This document shows positions 1-13,143 of a stretch of 64,000 nucleotides of DNA, piece after piece; the first letter of the stretch is position 1, and the number at the start of each line of letters is the position of its first letter. The position numbers and the translations under genes are program-made. The notes below the pieces were generated by a model that had not been told where the DNA came from, made no database searches, and saw only the letters and a list, made by a program, of their open reading frames with translations. This DNA is from Eledone cirrhosa (lineage: Eukaryota), in NCBI GenBank assembly GCA_964016885.1, contig OZ024743.1, positions 223,634,001 to 223,698,000 of the forward strand. Direction: 5' to 3'.

Positions 1-107
1 GACAAGCACACACACACATATAATATTCATATATATATATATATGTATGTGTGTGCATGCTTATGTGTGTGTATGTAGGTATACATTCTTTTTAGTAGAC
101 AATAAAG

Positions 108-154
<47 letters not shown>

Positions 155-285
155 GTGAGGTTTATTTTACAAAATGAAAAATAACCGAGGTGTCCTACAC
201 AAGTGGAAGTATAAAGAAAAAGAGATGAAATCGAAAATGCAACTGAAGTCTTATTTTTTTAAAAAATATATATATTTATTTGGTT

Positions 286-323
286 CCTTTACCGGTTTCG
301 CAGTTCTTCTGCTTTTCAAAAGG
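286..323 (-). ncRNA. Type I hammerhead ribozyme, U3-A8 core variant (minus-strand copy)
   Basis: Reverse complement reads cctt-TTGAAAA-gcag(aagaa)ctgc-GAAA-ccgg-TA-aagg. Confidence 0.7.
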
Positions 324-371
324 TGAGTTGAGATGGAGGGTCTGTGGTTTTTCTCCCTCCATCTCAACTCA

Positions 372-409
372 CCTTTTGAAAAGCAGAAGAACTGCGAAAC
401 CGGTAAAGG
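372..409 (+). ncRNA. Type I hammerhead ribozyme, U3-A8 core variant
   Basis: cctt-TTGAAAA-gcag(aagaa)ctgc-GAAA-ccgg-TA-aagg: stem I cctt/aagg, stem II gcag/ctgc, palindromic stem III ACCGGT, GUA cleavage triplet. Confidence 0.72.
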
Positions 410-1119
410 AACCAAATAAATATATATATTTTTAAAAAAAATAAGACTTCAGTTGCATTTTCGATTTCATCTCTTTTTCTTTATATATATATATATATAT
501 ATATATAATGGAAAATTTGAACAGGAACAAAACAGAGAGGCAGTACAACGAATGTTTATTAATTTCACGCTCTTGAGAGTGGGGTGAAAGACATTGAAAC
601 ACCCACAAATATCTGGCATCTGTTGTCACTTTAGTGGAGAAGTTTTGCTGAATTTTGTGACAACACTGGTTCTATATACATTGTAAAAACATCTCTAATG
701 TGTCTAAAATATAAAGTCAAATTATCATGAAAGATAGATCCACTGGCAGCTAGGGAGATTCCCATTAACAGTAGGAGTACCCCATTAGGATTATGTGGCA
801 CACTGACTTTCATGGGAGGGCCCATTTTCATTGGGGTGCCCAGGGGCAACAGCTCTTTCTACCCCCTTTAAATCTGGTCCTGCATGTTCCACACGCATGT
901 GCCCTTATACAATTCTTAGGGAGATTCGGCATGTGATACGGTGACAAGATTGGCACTTTGAATTACAGGTATAACTATTTTTATTTCAGTATTGGAGTAA
1001 TATGAAGTAAAGTTACTTGATCAAGGACACAACATGCTGCCTGCAATCCAAATATCCTAACCACTAAGTTACAGGCTCCTACACTATACATAGAAATCAT
1101 ATATAAATACACATACACC

Positions 1120-1770
1120 ACCATGTATCTGTCAGACACTATATCTAGGACTACATTATGGATTGTCTCCATTAGACATAGTGTATCTAGGACTACATTA
1201 TCCAATGTATCTGGCAGACACTATATCTAGGACTACATTATGGAATGTTTCCATTAGATATAGTGTATCTAGGGCTACATTATGGAATGCTTTCATCAGA
1301 CACAGTGTATTTAGGACTGTTCTTGGGTCCCAAATAATAGATGGGGTAAAATAAGGTGGGGGTGGAAAATCGGTAATTTTTCTAGGTTGGCTCTTGATAT
1401 TTTTAAATCTGAAAAAATTAATAAGTGATAGGGAGGGGGGGCATGATTTGAAACCCAAAAGTAAATTATCTAATGTATCTGCTAGACACTATCTAGGACC
1501 ACATTATAGAATGTCTCTGTCAAACAGTGTATCTAAGACCACATTGTCCAATGTGTCCATCAGATACTAGATTATAGAATGTCTCCATTTGACATGGTGT
1601 ATCTAGGATTACATTATCCAATGTACCAATCAGATACTACATTATAGAATGTCTTCATCTGACACAGTGTATTTAGGACTACATTATCCAATGTGTCCAT
1701 CAGATACTAGATTATAAAATGTCTCCATTTGACACGGTGTGTGAAAGACTACATTATCCGATGTGTTCTG
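1120..1770. repeat. Degenerate tandem repeat (about 38-57-bp units, core gacacagtgtatctaggactacattatccaatgt)
   Basis: More than 10 recurrences of ggactacattat/tccaatgt, interrupted at about 1320-1465; the same motif occurs singly in dispersed repeats elsewhere in the window. Confidence 0.75.
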
Positions 1771-2277
1771 TCTTCTAATCTATTTAGTGTCTTTAGAACT
1801 ACTTCATTCAATGAGTCCTGTTTTTTTTCTCCCTTATTTTAAGCTGGTAGATTGTAATTTGAAGATTTTGACATTATTTCTAGCTGGAATACATTGTAGT
1901 AGAGGCCACAGAGAGGCTGGCTAATTTGAGAACACATAAAGAACACATGAAGAGTATTGTAATTACTGTCATAGAGAAGACACAGATAGTGTTATATAGC
2001 AGAGAAACAGATTGCTAAAGGGGTAGTGATGATGATGATAATAATAATAATGGTGATGGCAACAGTGGTGGTGGCAGCGGTAATGGTTATAGTTGGGATG
2101 GAAGGAGAACATAGAATATATATATAAGAATTTGACTTCTGAGGAATAAGGTCAGTTGAGCTGGAGGGAGGTAGCATATACACTCACGCACACACACATA
2201 TATATATATACATGCTATCGTGGAAGATGGACATTAAACGATGATGATGGTGATGATGATGATATATATATACACAT

Positions 2278-2313
<36 letters not shown>

Positions 2314-2611
2314 AAGGACTGAGCAACAAATCAAAAGGTTTATACATCAAATACAGTGAGCCAACAAAGGATTCTTTATGTAGTCGGTCATTCAACCTGC
2401 TTGAGATAGCAGCTAAATCATCAAATTACACCCTACCATCTTGAAATGAATCCCTGGCATAATGTAGTCCTAGATACAAAATGTTTGTGAAAAGGATGAG
2501 ATTGTCAGGATTAGAATGTAGTTGTAGAGGTAACACTATGTATTAATGTAGATTTTGACACTTAGATAAAATAGAATTATTTATTGCAAAAAAAAAACAA
2601 AACAATAAAAA

Positions 2612-2980
2612 ATAATTGTTTCTACTTTAGGCACAAGGCCAGCAATTAACCAGTGCATTACTGGTACTTTATTTTATCGACCCCGTAAGGATGAAAGGCA
2701 AAGTAAACCTCGGCTGAATTTGAACTCAGATCGTAAAGGGACGTAACTATGCTGGAAAGCATGGCATCCGACCCTCTACCAATAAAAATAATCAATCATT
2801 ATAATTGTTTCTACTTTTGGCACAAGGCCAGCAATTATCTTAGTGTATTACTGGTACTTTATTTTATCGACCCCATAAGGATGAAAGGCAAAGTTAACCT
2901 CGGCGGGATTTGAACTCAGACCATAAAGGGCCGTAACTCTTTGCTGCAAAGCATGGCGTCCGACCCTCTACCGATACTGC
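2612..2980 (-). mobile_element. Two tandem copies of a tRNA-derived SINE (family A)
   Basis: RC contains a B-box-like gagttcaaatcc and the body ctttgcctttcatccttacggggtcgataaaataaagtaccagt, which resembles the Meta-type SINE domain; repeated more than 15 times in the window. Confidence 0.8.
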
Positions 2981-3043
2981 TTTAGGAGATTAGTATCGGT
3001 GTACATATATGCATTATCAGAAATGACAATAAATGCCGGTGTG

Positions 3044-3469
3044 TGTTGTGACAAGGTTTTACTTCACAGAAGTCAAATGGATTAATATAAATAAATGGTT
3101 ACCCGTTGGTCACAACTCCTAGGCTGAAGTGTGTGGTAAAGAACAGAGATCTTCTCTTGGAGGTGTTAACATCTTAGGCTGCCGGTGGCATTCTTCTTGA
3201 GTGGCGAAGGAAATGAGGGAGGAATTCTTCTTCTTGATGGCGAAGGAAATGAGAGAGGAGTCATCTCATGACAAGGTCGCAGGTGTTGTTAACACTTTGG
3301 GATTCAGGAGGCAAGAGGGTGAGATCGCCCTGACCTGTCCCTTTTATACGGTCTCCGGACGAAAGTGACAAAAAGGGTTCTGCCACCCCAACGGGAAGTA
3401 ACTCCAGCTACTTCCTGTCTAGAGAGCGGTGATGTGATTGTCATAACAAGGGAGGCAACTCTTGCTACA
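3044..3469 (-). mobile_element. LTR (3' LTR of a degraded LTR retrotransposon)
   Basis: Minus strand starts TGTAG and ends CAACA, preceded by purine-rich ggcgggagataa (PPT-like, 3470-3483); TATAAAA near 3345, AGTAAA near the 3' end, internal direct repeat ttcttcttga..ggcgaaggaaatgag x2. Confidence 0.55.
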
Positions 3470-6400
3470 TTATCTCCCGCCAGATTTTTAAAATATAAAA
3501 ATCGAATGAACCATGTATGGAGTAAGATGACGAGCAAGATGTACAGGCATGAACATTACGAAAAAAAAATAGTGTTTACAATAAAAGGAAAACAGCAAAA
3601 TATATGCATGCAAAAATCAATGATAGATATCAAGGTAGCCAACCGCTCTTGGCCAGAGAACTATCTATCCATCACTCAAAGATACAATGTAATCAAAGTA
3701 AAAGAAGAGGTCAAAGTTCAAATGTTCCAAATACAGTTCACGGGTGTGCAATCACATGACAGCAGGAAAGAAAGTGTGTCCTCCAGAGAATGTATGCAGG
3801 TGGTCTCTAGTCTGTGGTATAACGTGAAATTTCCAACCTCCGAAGGGATTTTCTCACAGGAAGAGTGCTGCAAAAATAAATTCTCTGGCTTGTTCTGCTG
3901 GTTTTGGTTGTTGATGAAGCTGTGTTGTTGTTGATGTTGTCTCGCGGAGTGAGCGTATTCGATGTTTAAATACACAGTAAAAATCTTCCCCCAAAAAATG
4001 AGTTGTGCAAAGTGCTAGAAATAACAGCCAAAGTTGATGGTCGATGTTGAGAACGCGTTGACCTGGAAGGGTGAAGAGGCCAGCGACCAAAGAAATAAGC
4101 ATTCTGAATAAATGCGCAGTTTTCAACGGCAAATTTACGTGGTAAATTTTTAAACCGGCAAATAGGAGAATATAGCTTAAGGCTGGAGAATCCTTGGCAA
4201 GAAACCATGTGGTATCTCAGTGAGTCGAGATGTGTGCTGCCCACACGTGCCGAAACAAGGTTAAAATCAAGTTTTAAAAAAAATATTTCTATTGCGCTAG
4301 AAAATGGCGCGAAAATGATAGTGCAACAGGTCGTCGGCAGCCATTTTGAAAAATCTGTGTGTGAACGTGACAATATGATGAAAAAGAAAGAAAGGCTTCA
4401 CTTAGCATAACAAATATGGCGAGTTCATTTTTTTTGTGAACGATGAAAAAAAAAAACTTGGTGGAAAGAATAAGCAATAATTGAGATTCAGCAAAAATAA
4501 ATGTTCATGTTGAAAAGTGTAAAAAAAAAAAAAAAAATCAAATTTCTTTTTTTTAAGTGTTCGTTGTAAGAAGAAACGAAAAACATATATATACATCCAG
4601 TGAAATGCGACACTTAGTTGATGTACGACACGTGCGTGAGAGAAAAAGAGTCTGTCTGAACGAGAATTTCACATGTGCGTGTGTTCGTTTCTGTTCGTTT
4701 CAGGAACAGCCACTCAAACTTGAGTGGCCAGCACTTGTGGGTAGCCAATTCTGCTCCGATAGCAGTGAGTAGGGGTGCAGTCTGTGGGCCAAGAACAGCG
4801 GAAGTCTTCACTGTCACAGGCTCGACACAAATCTATCAGAGAGTGGTTGATACTTTGACAGTTTACTCTCTTTGTCCTGACGAGCAACGAACCACATGGT
4901 CACTTAGCTTGCTAAAGCTAGCAGCCAAATCTCATTTACTTACAGTCTTAACCCTTTCATTACCATATGATTTTCAAATAATTTAAAAAGTATTTCATTT
5001 AGTAATTTTACTTCCCCAATACTTTTAATACCAAGCCAGAACCAGCTCTGGGTCTATGATACAAAACCACTCATCTAAAAAGATTCCTATTTAAATTAAA
5101 ATCTTCCATCAAAATTTTAGTAAATCCGTAAAAAGTTAAGCATGAAAGAGTTAAGCTGGTGTTTGGAACACAACTTAAATGTTCTTAGAGATGATGGAAA
5201 GTTTCTAGATAAATATTGTTTAACATCCATTTCCCATGCTTGCATGTGTCATCGTGTTATGAGATAAGGGTCAGAAGATCGTGTCTTGCTCATATGGACC
5301 TGTATTTTGGCTTTGTTTCTATAGATGCATGCCTTTCCTAACACCAACCACATTACAGTGTGAAAAGGGTGTTTTATCATGGCACTAAAACGATCATCTA
5401 ATAGGAGTGGACTGGGTGGTTTTTGTTGTGTCGCCAGTACGAACACCTTAGTGTGGACTGGGCACTTTTTGTTGTGTCACCAATATAATCACTTTATAGA
5501 GTGACTAAGTGCTTTTTGTTGTCACAACAAGGTTGACTGAGTGCTTTTTATTATATCACCAGCATGACTACCTTAAACATTTAAAAACAATTAGTTTTTT
5601 TATTATAAAACCAAGGGTGGTTTCCTGTAATTTGGTATCAAAAGGGATAAAAGATATATTAGACAATGTATTTTCTGATAAACAACTGCTAAACTATCTG
5701 AACCACTAAGAAAATCTCTGCAGTGATTTAATAACTTATGTTCAGTTCAACTGAACTGTAATGACCTGGCATCAATTGGAATGTTTAGGCTTAGAGAAGT
5801 GCTTTTTCATCTTAAAATTAGCTATGTAAACACAGTCAGATCTGCTGTTACTCCAGTCAAATGACTGACATTGCTTCTATATTTAAAAGATTTCAGTCGA
5901 ACTAGTACTGATAACAACAACAATAACACCAGTGCTACCCAAACAAGTGGAATGCAGTTCTGTTATGATAATGCCAAAGATTGTTTCTTAATGAACTTTT
6001 GGAGTTAGTCATAGTATTAAAAATTTCATTGTAGGAAGTAAACAAATCAAGAGAGAGAGAAGTGAGGGAGGGAGAGAAAGAAAGGATGATGAACTGTTTG
6101 CCAGAACTGGTGAGTCAGTTTGATAAGAGACTATATATGTACACACACACACACACATATATATATATATGTATACATACACACACACATATATTATATA
6201 TAAATGTTACTAAGATAAAAAGACAATAATAGTAATTATGTAGTAAACAAAGAAATATTTGTGAACCAACCAGTTTGGCTAGTTTGCTGAGGGAGACAAT
6301 GCTTACAGCAAAAAATCCTGTTCTTAAGTCTCTGCGAATTTAGATAACAGAGTTTACCTAGATATAAAACATTTAGCCTTTAACTGGTTACTAGACTTGC

Positions 6401-6967
6401 TAGAGAAAGCAGCCAAATTAAAATGACACTAGTGTCTTTTAAAAAAAGTGCACACTGAACAATGTAATTTTAGATACAGAAAAAGACAGGATTGTTACTG
6501 CTAGAATGCCTCTCATTACAGGTTTGATCAATCAGGACTGACCAAAGGCTAAACAAGAACAGAACAGCATTTTCCCATAAGCTCTACTTCCTAATAGACA
6601 GTTTATTATATCTGTCTATGGATTTCATAGTGCTGTTCAGTGGCTAGAATGTTGTTCTTTGAACAAGCCACTTTATTTCATGCTGTTTCAGTTCACTCAG
6701 CTAAAAACAATATATTGTACCTGTATTTCTCTGGGCCAGCCTTATTACACACTACATCATGTTGAATCTTCATTAGACTTAAATTTCTTCTTTTCTTCTT
6801 CGGAGAAATTAGCCCTTATCATAAATATCATCAAATCTGCTCTCTGACACACACACACAGTATGGAGGCCTACACAAACAAAAGTTGTGTCTGTATGTGT
6901 ATCCATATGATATAATTTGTTACAACACCATTTATCATTATTTACAACACCATTTGAAAATCCTTAA

Positions 6968-7176
6968 CCCTTTTAATTACCAACTTGGTCAAAACTAGTT
7001 CTGATCCTATGAAACAAAACTGCTTATTTTAAAGAATTATAATCTTCCAACATAATTTAATATAAAAACAATATGTTAAATTACTATCTACTTAGTAAAA
7101 TAATCGATAATTTTAGTAAATCCTTCAAACTTCATTAATTAATTGAAACTTCATTAGAAATACAGTTGTGAAAAAG
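6968..7176. mobile_element. Degraded piggyBac-type MITE (TTAA-flanked, second family)
   Basis: ttaa-ccctttt ... aaaaag-ttaa; related pieces at about 4950-5150, 10305-10450 and 24650-24875. Confidence 0.4.
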
Positions 7177-7619
7177 TTAAACCTGCTCTTTAATTCAAAC
7201 CAAATTACATGTACACTACACCTACTGACAAGGCTGGCTCTTTCAATTACAAGTACAATTCAGTTTTGACAGCTGATTGGATTGGAGCAACATGAAATAA
7301 TGTGTATTGGTCAAGGACACAAGTCAATGGAGGTCAAACTCATGACTTTATGATCATAAGCCAAACACTTTAACCACAAAGCCATATGTCATAAAATAAA
7401 TGGGAATGAAGAATTGGAATCAATTAAACCACATTGTCCTGTGATTATACTAGAACGTTAACCTGTCCCTTCATTTTTGGTTAACTGTTCCTTGCATAAC
7501 TATTTTTTGGACATTGTGTAGCATTGTGAGCCTTGGTATGGTTTCCATACTTTTTTTTTATCATACTTGGTGCTCCAATTATTATTATTGCCACTGTTTT
7601 TACCTTCATGCCCTATTAT

Positions 7620-7800
7620 CATTAGAACATGGTTGGTCCACACTGTAAACGTGGTTGGTGTTAGGAAGGGCATCCAGCAGTAGAAAACCTGCCAGACAAT
7701 CCCATACAAGCGAGACAACCAATCTTGCCTCAAGTGGGACAATTCCCATCTAAACCCATGCTAGCGTGGAAGATAGACGTTAAATGATGATGATGATGAT
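7620..7800 (+). mobile_element. RTE-3'-tail repeat (5'-truncated RTE or partner SINE)
   Basis: ggtgttaggaagggcatccagc...aacccatgctagc...gacgttaaa(tga)n matches the 3' UTR of the RTE at 39321-39706. Confidence 0.7.
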
Positions 7801-7859
7801 GGTTGGTACAACAGATATGATTATTTGATTTTCTACTTTCTGTTGAGCATCAACAAGGA

Positions 7860-8080
7860 CATTAGACAGACAATACTTTTCTGAGCATATGTGTGCTATC
7901 CAACAGGACAGACCTTTGTAGGAGATAATTTGTGTTTTGTGGTCTATTTGTTCAAGATACCTTCTCATTTTTAGTGGTATCAAGTCCAAAGCTCCTGTGA
8001 TAGCTGGAATTATTTTGGCGTTAGGTGGTATTGACCACATTCATACAATTTTGATTTTCAAGTCAGTATATTTTGTTATT
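7860..8080 (-). pseudogene. C-terminal fragment of an R4/Dong-like restriction-like-endonuclease non-LTR retrotransposon ORF
   Basis: Translates to KIIPAITGALDLIPLKMRRYLEQI...LQRSVLLDSTHMLRKVLS (frameshifted), resembling the conserved VIGALG...LQK..LLG..HILR C-terminus. Confidence 0.55.
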
Positions 8081-9009
8081 TTTTAAATTGTTGTTGTTGT
8101 TATAATTATTTCAATCAATGTCATCATCATCATTGTTTAACGTCCATGTTCCACGCTAGTATGGGTTAGACAGGTTGTCCCATTCGAGGCAAGTTGGATC
8201 AGGTGACCATGTCTTACTCATATAGTACTGTTTCTGGCTAGGTTTCTATGGCTAGATGCCCGTCCTAATGCCAACCACATTTATAGTGTGTGCTGGGTCT
8301 CCTACATGACCACTTTACAGTGTGGGCTGGTTGCTTTTTATCGTGACACCTACTAGACTACTTTAAATTATATTCGATTTTCATATTGATAAAATGTTTA
8401 TGATTCCAGTCTTGTAGATTTTATTGATGTCACACCAAGTGAGATAATATACATATATATTCATTAAAAGCAAGTGACAGCTTGCAGAGTTGTTATGTTG
8501 GTGTAGCTACACTGTGTTGTTGACAAAGTAAACATGACCATATGTAGACTTTTTAGAGATTCATTGTTCAATACTATGAATGTATGATCGAATTGATCAC
8601 TTCATTTTTATATATTCTTTCCATTTACTGGTTTCAGTCATTGAAATGTTTGCTGCTTATGCTAAGACACCGCCTAAGACACAACCTTCAAGGGTTTCAG
8701 TTGATCCTATTGATCTCAGCAATTATTTCAGTCCGATTCTATTTTATTGGTTGAATCAATAACTTATGAGTCAAAATATAAACTACAATATTGGGTTTTG
8801 GGATTAGTGTAAGCACTGACACACATATATATTGTATACACTCATGAACGAATCATGCATTTTTCTATGAATATGCAACATAGAAAACTGGCATATGGAT
8901 TATTGACTGAACCTACAAAACCTCAATTCAAAATATATGGTATATTGTAAATATATGTAAAATGGAAGAGTGACTTATGCACAAGTATACACAAGTAAAT
9001 ATGGTGCTT

Positions 9010-9137
9010 ATGTATGTATGTGTGTGCATGTGTGTGTGTATGTGTGTGTGTGTGTGTATGTGTGTGTGTGTGTGTATGTATGTGTGTGTGCGTGTGTGCG
9101 TGTGTGCGTGTGTGCGTGTGCGTGTGTGCGTGTGCGT

Positions 9138-9210
<73 letters not shown>

Positions 9211-9215
9211 CGCAC
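9010..9215. repeat. (TG)n/(TGCG)n compound microsatellite
   Basis: Direct reading. Confidence 0.95.
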
Positions 9216-9640
9216 ATGCATTTTTATATGTATCCTGATGTGGTTGTTTGACCAGTCTAGTCTTGGACTGTGAATACCTGTCCACCTCATGTCAGCATGG
9301 AAAGCTGACAAAATATTGCTGTTGATGATGAGACAGGCATAGCCAAATGGTTAAAGAGCTGGCTTTGCAATCATGACATTCAATTTTAGTTGGGATTTTC
9401 AACCTACATGGCCCATGTTGGTACTTGGCCCATTTACTCAAGCTATTCATATAGCTGTACCTAACATTTTAACAAAATTCAAATATGCAGCACATCCCTC
9501 TCCACCTTCAAGTGGTACTTAAGGAAGCTGCTGAAAGATTTGTCAAAGAGCAAAGTGTCTGACCTCAATCAGTTCAACCTTGTCCAATATACAGCCTCTT
9601 TTAGTAAAACCACCAGACAAGAGAAACATTGCCTGCGAGC

Positions 9641-9765
<125 letters not shown>

Positions 9766-12658
9766 TGTGTGTGGGGAGGGGTATGAACTAAAACAATATC
9801 TATAAATAAGCTTCTTTAGATAGGCAACATATGCAAGATGCCTTTAGCTGTGCAAATAGTATTGAAATAAATCATCCAACTGGGACAGACAACAACAACA
9901 ACTACAAAACACACTGCTACATAGAATGGGACTAATCCTTACTTCTATAGATTAAAAAAGTAATAAAAATAACAGAAAATAAAAGTACTCCCATCTTCCC
10001 CTTTGTATTCACTCCCACCTTCACTGCACCTTTACCCTGCCTGCAGGTTGTTAATTTGATTCTAAAGTACTATTATTATTCTCTTGGCTGGATCAAGTTA
10101 TTTCCTAGGTGTCATAAGAAAGTGGAAGGTAAAATATCTTAATCAAAGACTAGTAATTAGAATGGCAAAGGTAATATCTATGGGAATTATCTGCCTCTTC
10201 AGACAATTGGCATGAATTCTTAAGAAAAATCTTATCAGATTGTGAATCTTGAAGAATTTTTTCCAGAAATTTATCATTTTGGTAATCTCATTTGACACAG
10301 GTTTTTAACACTTTTGTGACCTTATGCCTCATTAAATACATTCTATTTCAATTAATGAAAGAAGAAATTTGAGGGATTAACTTAAATTATCAATGATTGC
10401 ATTACTAGAACCAGAGTTGTTTTTGGCTGGGTTGGTATCAAAAGGGTTAATCATAAGTTTTGTGATCCAAGAGTCATTTCAGAGTACAAATTTCACTAGA
10501 ATTAACTGTTCTTTTATTTCTCCATGGTCAATAAAATAAGTTCAATTGACACATCCATCGAAATAAGAAAGCAAAGCAAGAATAGTTAATTTAACTCATG
10601 TTTTTCATTAATTTTTCAATAATGACAACTCCACATTTCCTCTAATTTTTTTCCAACCACTGAGCAGAATGTTTAATGCTTTGAGCAAAAATATTTTAAA
10701 TTCAAAATTACTGCACAGCAACGATTCAAAGCTATTGATGTGTGCAGCACCAATACAATTACTGCATGACTGTGCACTTGTGCAACTTTGAGGTAATGTT
10801 GGGTATAGGTTGTACAAGATTGCAATACAGTAGTGGGGAGAGAATTCTGTTAAAGGTACTGAAAGACCAGCTGGTGTTAAAGTAGGTGGTAGACTAACTA
10901 TACTTAACTAATACGGGGTGGGGGGCAAATTGGGTCAATTTAGTTGTAATGATTAGTTTAGCTGTTATTATCAAATATCAACCAAGATATAAAAATGTTT
11001 GATATATGCGATAAACATAACATGTACATAAATTGTAGCACATATACAAATAGATGTGTGCTTTGGTAGTTTGGGGAGAAAAATATAATTCCTCCCATTC
11101 CACTGCCCCTGTAATAAAATCCTATAAAGAAAAAGAGACAAAATTGACAAATACAAATTAATAAAACGTGTAACCAATCCCACTAGAAAGTTCAGTGTTA
11201 ATTAAACAAAGATTAATTGTTTCTACGTTAGGCACAAGGCCAGCAATTACCCAGTGTATTACTGGTACTTTATTTTATCGACCCCGTAAGGATGAAAGGC
11301 AAAGTTAACCTCGGCAGGATAATGACGGATAATACTAAATAACAAAAGGCATTCTTGAAATACTTCATTACTAAGACTACATTCTAAGTTCAACGATTGG
11401 AATTATATTTCTGAACTTGGGAAGAGGAAATACTATGAAAAGCTATTCAATATATATTTTATCCTTATTTGTTTTCATTTAGATGTAATAAATAGCATTC
11501 CAATTATCCTGTCTTTTTTTGGTGGGAGTATCAAATGTATGTTTATTTGTGTACACACAAACATACATTTGAAGATCTCTCTCTCTCTCACACATACATA
11601 CATACATAATGATGATGATGGCTGCAACTGGATATGAGTAATGTGATTGCTTGATACTTAGGCATAAACATCACGGATGTGACTTTTAAGTCCTGCTAGA
11701 GACTTGCCTATGGCCAGCAATACCATGCATCGCAAAAATGTCACATATCAAGCAATGCCAGTGCTTAAAGCTTTTTTTAAGTGAAGAAAGGCTTTGCATG
11801 GGGCCAATCCCACTCTCTAAACATCAAATACATTTACCCAAAAAGAAGAACTGGTCTACATCATTGGATGCAAACGAAGTCACAGGTTTTATATCAGAGT
11901 GACCTTCTCCTAGAGAGATGTCTTAATGAATGAAAACATATATATACATACATATCATTATTGTAGTAAAAGCTTGGTAAAAAAATATCCAGTGCGTTGA
12001 ACAAGTTATGACACACAATAAAATTAAACTACTATAATTGTTGTATTTTAATACTATTGTATTGTATGACCATACATACGCAGCCTGTCTAGGAGTTCAG
12101 TAACCCTGCTTCAGTACTGATTTGGTCTATGTAGACCCATCCAACTCTTGTTAGCAGGATGTTAAATGATGATGATGATAAAGCTGACCTTGCACAATCT
12201 CAAAGGCAATGACACAAGACCAAGATCTCTGGCGTTATGCAGTAATACAGAAGACCTGCTTTCCCCTGTACATGAGTTGAAGCATACTTCTAGTATGCAC
12301 CACCTTCACCTCCCATGTCCTAACAAAAAGTGCCCAGCCCACACTATAAAGAGATCGGGTAGGTGTCACAGCAAAAAGCGCCTGGTTTATATTGTAAAGT
12401 GGTTGTGTAAGTGTCACGGCAAAAATCACCCAGTATACACTATAAATGTAGTTGGTGTTAGGATGGGCAGCCAGCCGTAGAAACCAACCCAGAACCAATG
12501 TATGAGCAAGACATGGTCACCTGATCTGACTTGTCTCCCAATGGGATAACTTGTCTAACCCATGCTAGCATGGAAAAATAGATTTTAAATGGTGATGATA
12601 TATATATATATCAAAGTTGCACATACAAAAAATAAAATAGATTTGAAAGACAAATGAG

Positions 12659-12713
<55 letters not shown>

Positions 12714-12714
<1 letters not shown>

Positions 12715-13143
12715 TCCCGTTTTGGTACAGTGTGAAATTTTTTTTTAAGAACTGCTGGACTTTCAAATTTTGGCGATCCTTCTAGCACTGACGGGGACCA
12801 TCGCTTAATATTAATATCAATGTTGCCTAGGCATCCACTGATGAGTTATAAGGGCCCACTTGTATGTATACCTACGGACTATATGCAAGCTTCTACATAA
12901 CCTGGATATTATTTTCCCAATTTGTAGAAAACTTATAACGAAACGATCGTATGGAAAGAGAGATTTATTTAATTATGTCTCATATAAAATAATACAACCG
13001 GCTATCCACAAAATACAATATAGTTAGCACCCCAAACATATAATTGGGATTATACTCGGGCATATCCTAATGTTTGTTGAGTGAGATGGGAGTCGGTCGG
13101 AGTATTGCTTAAAGCTTTCTCTGTTAATGTATTAAGTATTAAA
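12714..13143 (+). mobile_element. PLE-like remnant between (TA)n tracts
   Basis: Unique, relatively CpG-rich insert flanked by (CT)n(TA)n and (TA)n; contains a canonical hammerhead core. Confidence 0.6.
12834..12955 (+). ncRNA. Type I hammerhead ribozyme with about 80-nt insertion in stem II
   Basis: tcca-CTGATGA-gttataag...cttataac-GAAA-cgatcg-TA-tgga: perfect 8-bp stem II, palindromic stem III, stem I tcca/tgga, GUA site. Confidence 0.8.

Larger units (their letters stand above)
150..485. mobile_element. Palindromic Penelope-like (PLE) remnant in a (TA)n tract, carrying a hammerhead motif on each strand
   Basis: Perfect inverted arms of about 130 bp (210-340 / 355-485) with a 14-nt loop, flanked by (TA)n tracts; each arm holds a hammerhead fold. 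Confidence 0.7.

Noticed and set aside
3365-3934. 189-aa ORF
   Set aside because: GTG start, no recognisable domain, and it overlaps the LTR edge
10608-10900. Cys-containing minus-strand ORF in non-repetitive sequence
   Set aside because: No recognisable motif or convincing splice signals
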